Shown here in pieces: positions 50,684 through 64,000 of a stretch of DNA of 64,000 nucleotides. A program made the position numbers and the translations under genes. The notes under the pieces were generated by a model. It was given only the letters and a program-made list of their open reading frames with translations. It was not told the DNA's origin and did no database searches. Positions within the stretch are counted from its first letter, which is position 1. Every line of letters starts with the position of its first letter. Origin of the DNA: the human T2T-CHM13v2.0 reference genome, Homo sapiens; NCBI RefSeq assembly GCF_009914755.1, contig NC_060935.1; one strand, given 5' to 3'.

Positions 50684-51284
50684 AGTGGCTGAAGAGAGCA
50701 TGCATATATTCCTTCCACAAGCTGTTTTTCAGCTTAAGAAATTTTTAAGAAAACTGATTGGTGCTGGAGAAACAGGAATCCTGGGCTGTGTGTGGTAGTA
50801 CTCGATTGTCCTTTGTCGTTTGTGTCACTCTCGAAGACAGCATCCCTCTCCCCACCCAGGAGTGACGGGACAGCTGGCAGGACACAGAGAAGCCCTAGTG
50901 CTGCCCTCCTGCCTCATGGACAATGAAATGTTTTGCTTATGTGCATCCACCAGAAAGTGCTCTGAAGGTGTTTGGGATCTGAGACAACCAGGACACAGAA
51001 GGAACAGGAGCAGGGGAGCTCTCAGTGCTGCCTGCCCTATTGTCCTCTTTCCTGGGTGGCTTAAAGTCTCCTTTTGGGGTAAGAGAAAATAATTTAAGAC
51101 ATTAGTAGGGAGGGTCTTAGTTCCTGCAAAGATCTACTCAAACCATCAGGAGGTCCCATGGTTGGACCTGGCCCTTCCTGCAGAGCCCTGACCCTTGGCA
51201 CTCAAGACACAGGAGAAGAAGGAAGCCGTCATGATGGGCCAGGGATAGGGCCCTGGGATCTGTCTCTAGCCCATCAAAGAAAGG

Positions 51285-52850
51285 TGAGAGGTGACAGCGT
51301 GCTGGCAGTCCTCACAGCCCTCGCTCGCTCTCGGCGCCTCCTCTGCCTGGGCTCCCACTTTGGTGGCACTTGAGGAGCCCTTCAGCCCACCGCTGCACTG
51401 TGGGAGCCCCTTTCTGGGCTGGCCAAGGCCGGAGCCCACTCCCTCAGCTTGCAGGGAAGTGTGGAGGGAGAGGCACGAGCGGGAACCGGGGCTGCGTGCG
51501 GCACTTGCTGGCCAGCTGGAGTTCCGGGTGGGCGTGGGCTTGGCGGGCCCCGCACTCGGAGCAGCCAGCCGGCCCTGTCGGCCCCGAGCAATGAGGGACT
51601 TAGCACCCGGGCCAGCGGCTGCAGAGGGTGTACTGGGTCCCCCAGCAGTGCCAGCCCACTGGCGCTGCACTCGATTTCTCGCTGGGCCTTAGCTGCCTTC
51701 CCAGGGGGCAGGCCTCGGGACTGCAGCCTGCCATGCCTGAGCCTTCCCCCACCTCCGTGGGCCCCAGTGCACCCCGAGCCTCCCCGACGAGCGCTGCCCC
51801 CTGCTCCACAGCACCCAGTCCCATCAATCACCCAAGGGCTGAGGAGTGTGGGCGCACGCGCGGGACTGGCAGGCAGTTCCACCTGCAGCCCCGGTGCAGG
51901 ATCCACTGGGTGAAGCCAGCTGGGCTCCTGAGTCTGGTGGGGACGTGGAGAACCTTTATGTCTAGCTCAGGGATTGTAAACACACCAATCAGCACCCTGT
52001 GTCTAGCTTAGGGTTTGTGAGTGCACGAATCATCACTCTGTATCTAGCTGCTCTGTTGGGGCCTTGAAGAACCTTTATTTCTAGCTCAGGGATTGTAAAT
52101 ACACCAATCGGCACTCTGTATCTAGCGCAAGGTTTGTAAACACACCAATCAGCGCCCTGTGTTTAGCTCAAGGTTTGTGAATGCACCAATCGACACTCTG
52201 TATCTAGCTGCTCTGGTGGGGCCTTGGAGAACCTTTGTGTCCATACTCTGTATCTAACTAATCTGATGGGGATGTGGAGAACCTTTATATGTAGCTCAGG
52301 GATTGTAAACGCACCAATCAGCACCCTGTCAAAACAGACCACTCTGCTCTACCAATCAGCAGGATGGGGGCGGGAGGGGCGGGAGGGGCGGGGGCCAGAC
52401 AAGAGAATAAAAGGAGGCTGCCCGAGCCAGGAGTGGCAACCTGCTCGGGTCCCCTTCCACATTGTGGAAGCTTTGTTCTTTTACTCTTTGCAATAACTCT
52501 TGCTACTGCGCGCTTTTTGGGTCCACACTGCTTTTATGAGCTGTAACACTCACCGCGAAGATCTGCAGTTTCTCTCTTGAAGCCAGCAAGACCACCAGCC
52601 CACCAGGAGGAAGGAACAACTTCAGACGTGCTGCCTTAAGAGCTGTAACACTCACCGCGAAGGTCTGCAGTTTCACTCCTGAGCCAGCGAGACCACGAAC
52701 CCACCAGAAGGAAGAAACTCCGAACACATCCTAACATCAAAAGGAACAAACTCCAGACGCGCCACCTTAAGAGCTGTAATGCTCACCGCGAGGGTCCGCG
52801 GCTTCATTCTTGAAGTCAGTGAGACCAAGAACCCAGCAATTCCGGACACA
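51285..52850 (+). mobile_element. ERV9 LTR12C solo LTR
   Basis: TGAGAGGTGACAGCGTGCTGGCAG...CCGGACACA, 1566 bp; TSD AAGG; tandem CCAATC repeats. Confidence 0.93.
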
Positions 52851-53489
52851 AAGGGATGTTAAACACAGCTTCTCCTGCCATCTCTGTTTTGGAAAGCGTG
52901 CTCAAATTGACCACAACAGCTGTTCTGTTTACACACTCCGAAGTCAAAATCACTAGCCGCATTCTCAGGCTACATGATCTCCATAGTTCCCGGGAGGTGG
53001 GCAGTTTTAATACTGTGTGGACGGAAACTAGATTCAGAGTCTAAGCCACTGACCCAAGGTCACACAGCCACTAAGCAAAAGCTCTGGATTCCCTTCCAGT
53101 CAATTTGACCTAAAAGTCAGTTTTCTGGGCCAGGCCACTGGAATGTTCTCTGATGAGACTTGCATGGGCAGTCTCACTCGCAGCCTTGCTTGATGTCCCA
53201 GGACAGCTCCTGTCTGCCCACTGCAGATTTCGCAGGCTCAGGCCTTGGAGCAGCATCACTCAGTGCAAGCTTGAAGCTGTGGGCAGAAAGGTCAGGAGCT
53301 GCTCAGCCCCCCATTCTCTCACTTCCTGTGAAGAAATTGGTGGGACCAAAGATGGCGGATGCACCCCGGAAGCATCCTCCAGGGGGAGACCTGTGCTTCC
53401 CTGGGGCGGTGGAGGGAGTAAGTGTTCAGGGCAGCCACTTGTCAGGGTGAGAGCTATGCTGAGAGCACCTGGAGAATCTTCCTGGCTAG

Positions 53490-53931
<442 letters not shown>

Positions 53932-54049
53932 TTACCTCCCAGTGACCCCACCTCCAATACCATCCCACAGGTGGGTTAGAGTTCAACATATGAATTTGGA
54001 GTGTGAGAGAAACACAAGCATTCAGTCCATAGCAGAGCCCAATTGTGTC

Positions 54050-54055
54050 TTTAAT
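54050..54055 (-). terminator. Probable PLAAT2 poly(A) signal ATTAAA
   Basis: Plus-strand TTTAAT about 170 nt past the stop. Confidence 0.55.
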
Positions 54056-54225
54056 AGAATTCATACTAAGCTGCATTTCCAAATACATTTTCCTGTGCTT
54101 TTAACTCCATTAAAATAAAGATTCATGAACACAAAACAGTAAAATCAGTAAACCAAACTCCACTCCTGCTGGCTAAATAATATTCCTCCGTAAGAATTGG
54201 TGGTTGTTGGGACAATTTCTTGGAT

Positions 54226-61455
<7,230 letters not shown>

Positions 61456-62424
61456 CTGCAACAGAAAAACCAGAAACAGGCAGAGGTGAGCCATCTGCAG
61501 GAAACATTCTAGGGCCTGACCTGCAAGGAGCCCCAGCTCAGCCTGCAGATTCCCTGTGCTCATCACCTGCAGGAAACAGGAAGGAGGGAGCACTCCTCAC
61601 ATATGTAGGAAGCACCTTCATTTACTGGGGCTGCAGGACTGAAAAGTTGCTCTTCAGGGGACAAGGAGGAGATGAAGAGAGTATCTTTGAGGGAGATTTT
61701 CATGCATGTGCAGCACAGGAGTGTGATGGAGTGATGTGCCCAGGCTGAGTGTGAGTGCATTTTATGCACAGAGTATGTTTTTGTCAGCTAGTGACTGCAT
61801 GATTCCGAAGGAAGCCTAAAATGCCTCTTTAAGGGCCACCTGCCATGAGCCTGGGCCCAAGTGATTCCTACAAGTTCTAGAGGTCTGACTTGCAACGCCC
61901 AACATGTCAGAGGCAGGCGGACACTTGACCCACATTACACACCACTCCTTTGGGTGAAAACTATCATTACCCCCACTTGACAATGAGCACATGGAGTCTC
62001 AGGAACGTTAGGTAACTTGCCTAATAAGTAGAAGAGCAGGAATGAAGGGTAGGGCTGAATGTTTCCAACATTAATGCCTTTAACCATCCCAGAATGTCCT
62101 AGGCAAGCCCAGGGCAGCTGAAGTCTGAGCTCAGGCTAAAATTAAAGCAAGGGATGGCAGGGTGTGTTTGGAGTTGGTGGTAGGGCAGTGCCCCTCTGGA
62201 GGGTGCATGGGTGCGAGGAATGTTGCCCTGGCCACACCCAGAATGGGAGACAGCCCTTGCCACATAAATTCTGTTTCCGGTATGCTCTGGTGCCAGCCAG
62301 CACCCCTCCTCCCCCTATCTCAGCTGAGCCAAGCCACAAAGGAGTTGAACTGCTGCCGAGGGTGGTGAGAGTGCCAGCCAACTCAAAGTCTGGTGGGGAG
62401 CTATAGTTAAAAGTAAAGCCTTTC

Positions 62425-63064
<640 letters not shown>

Positions 63065-63514
63065 GTAAAGCCTTTGACTAGAGGGGTCAAGAGTCAACTT
63101 GACCAAATAAGGGACAATTTGAGCATCAAAAAAAAATAATAAAAATAACTGTACACAAACTGAAACACATCAAATATGTTAAAACCCACGTGTTCATAAG
63201 GATATTTTTTAAAAACACTAGGCATCTTTGGAGGATGGAAAAGAATCACCCTATTATTCCAAAAGCTGGTAAATAAAGGAAAAGATTCAAGCATTTCCTA
63301 ACTGAATTGTCCTCACGGAATGCAATTTAAAACTACAACAAACCCCAAAGCTACAAACCAATACTTGTAAGGTAGCCATATATGTATGCAAAAACAGAAA
63401 AATATTTGGAAGAATACGCACCAGGTTGTACAGAGGGGAAAGGCTGTACAGATGGGAAGGATGGTCAAAGGGGACATTAGTTTTTATGCTAATAGTTTTG
63501 GTTTTTGGCTTTTG

Positions 63515-63724
63515 GCTTTTTTTGAGACATGATCTCATTTTGTCACCCAGGCTGGAGTGCAGTGGCACTATCACAGCTCACTGCAGGAAGCCTCAGCCTC
63601 CCCAGCTCAAGTGATCCTCCCACCTCAGCCTCCCAAGAAGCTAGGACTATAAGCACATACCATTATCCTTGGCTAATTTTAATATTTTTTGTAGGGATGG
63701 GATCTCACTATGTTGCCCAGGCTA
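63515..63724 (-). mobile_element. Alu (partial)
   Basis: Alu consensus. Confidence 0.8.
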
Positions 63725-64000
63725 GAGTTTCGGTTTTTCAGACAAAGTGAATGTGTTCACGTATTTCTCCTGGAATTAAATACATTCTTTCTTTTTTAAG
63801 TCGAAGCTTTAGAGTCAGAGCCTCCTAAGTTCGAATTCCCTCTCTGACTTTTGGGCAGCCCCCTCTCTATACTTACCAGTATATCATTCCTCCTATCCAT
63901 GAAGTTGGCAGTAATTATGCCTACTTCATAGGATTGCTTATTAACTACCTGGTGTGGATTAAATAAAAGAAGTGTTTAGCATGGTGTCTGGACCCCTGAG

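Noticed and set aside
51266-52011. Cluster of 127-174 aa ORFs on both strands
   Set aside because: GC-rich LTR12C U3 sequence has few stop codons, and there are no recognisable domains.
51950-52330. Regularly spaced repeats resembling a CRISPR array
   Set aside because: These are the internal tandem enhancer repeats of LTR12; there are no unique spacers and the context is eukaryotic.

Overview
This is primate, almost certainly human, genomic DNA. It matches the galectin-12/PLAAT cluster, recognised from protein sequence as the chr11q12.3 locus. Three genes can be rebuilt from splice signals: complete LGALS12 (+, 9 coding exons, 7656-17656, 336 aa), complete PLAAT4/RARRES3 (+, 4 coding exons, 38131-47518, 164 aa), and exons 2-4 of the convergent paralog PLAAT2/HRASLS2 (-, 54226-61455; coding exon 1 not found in the window). 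The rest is dense in transposable elements: about 25 Alus, L1 fragments, and many solo LTRs whose ends are confirmed by target-site duplications (TSDs). The most interesting structure is a 3.8-kb stack of ERV LTRs 5-9 kb upstream of PLAAT4. It contains two independently inserted 968-bp HERV-K(HML-2) LTR5_Hs, a HERV-H LTR7 between them, and a MER51-like LTR carrying a DR5 retinoic-acid element and octamers. Other notable items are a thymosin-beta-4 retrocopy inside a THE1 LTR, an unidentified 1.75-kb retro-insert splitting an Alu in PLAAT4 intron 2, exons that recreate 5' splice sites, and several templated-insertion scars. Repeat family names come from recalled consensus sequences and need Dfam/RepeatMasker confirmation. 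There is no evidence of a novel protein-coding system.
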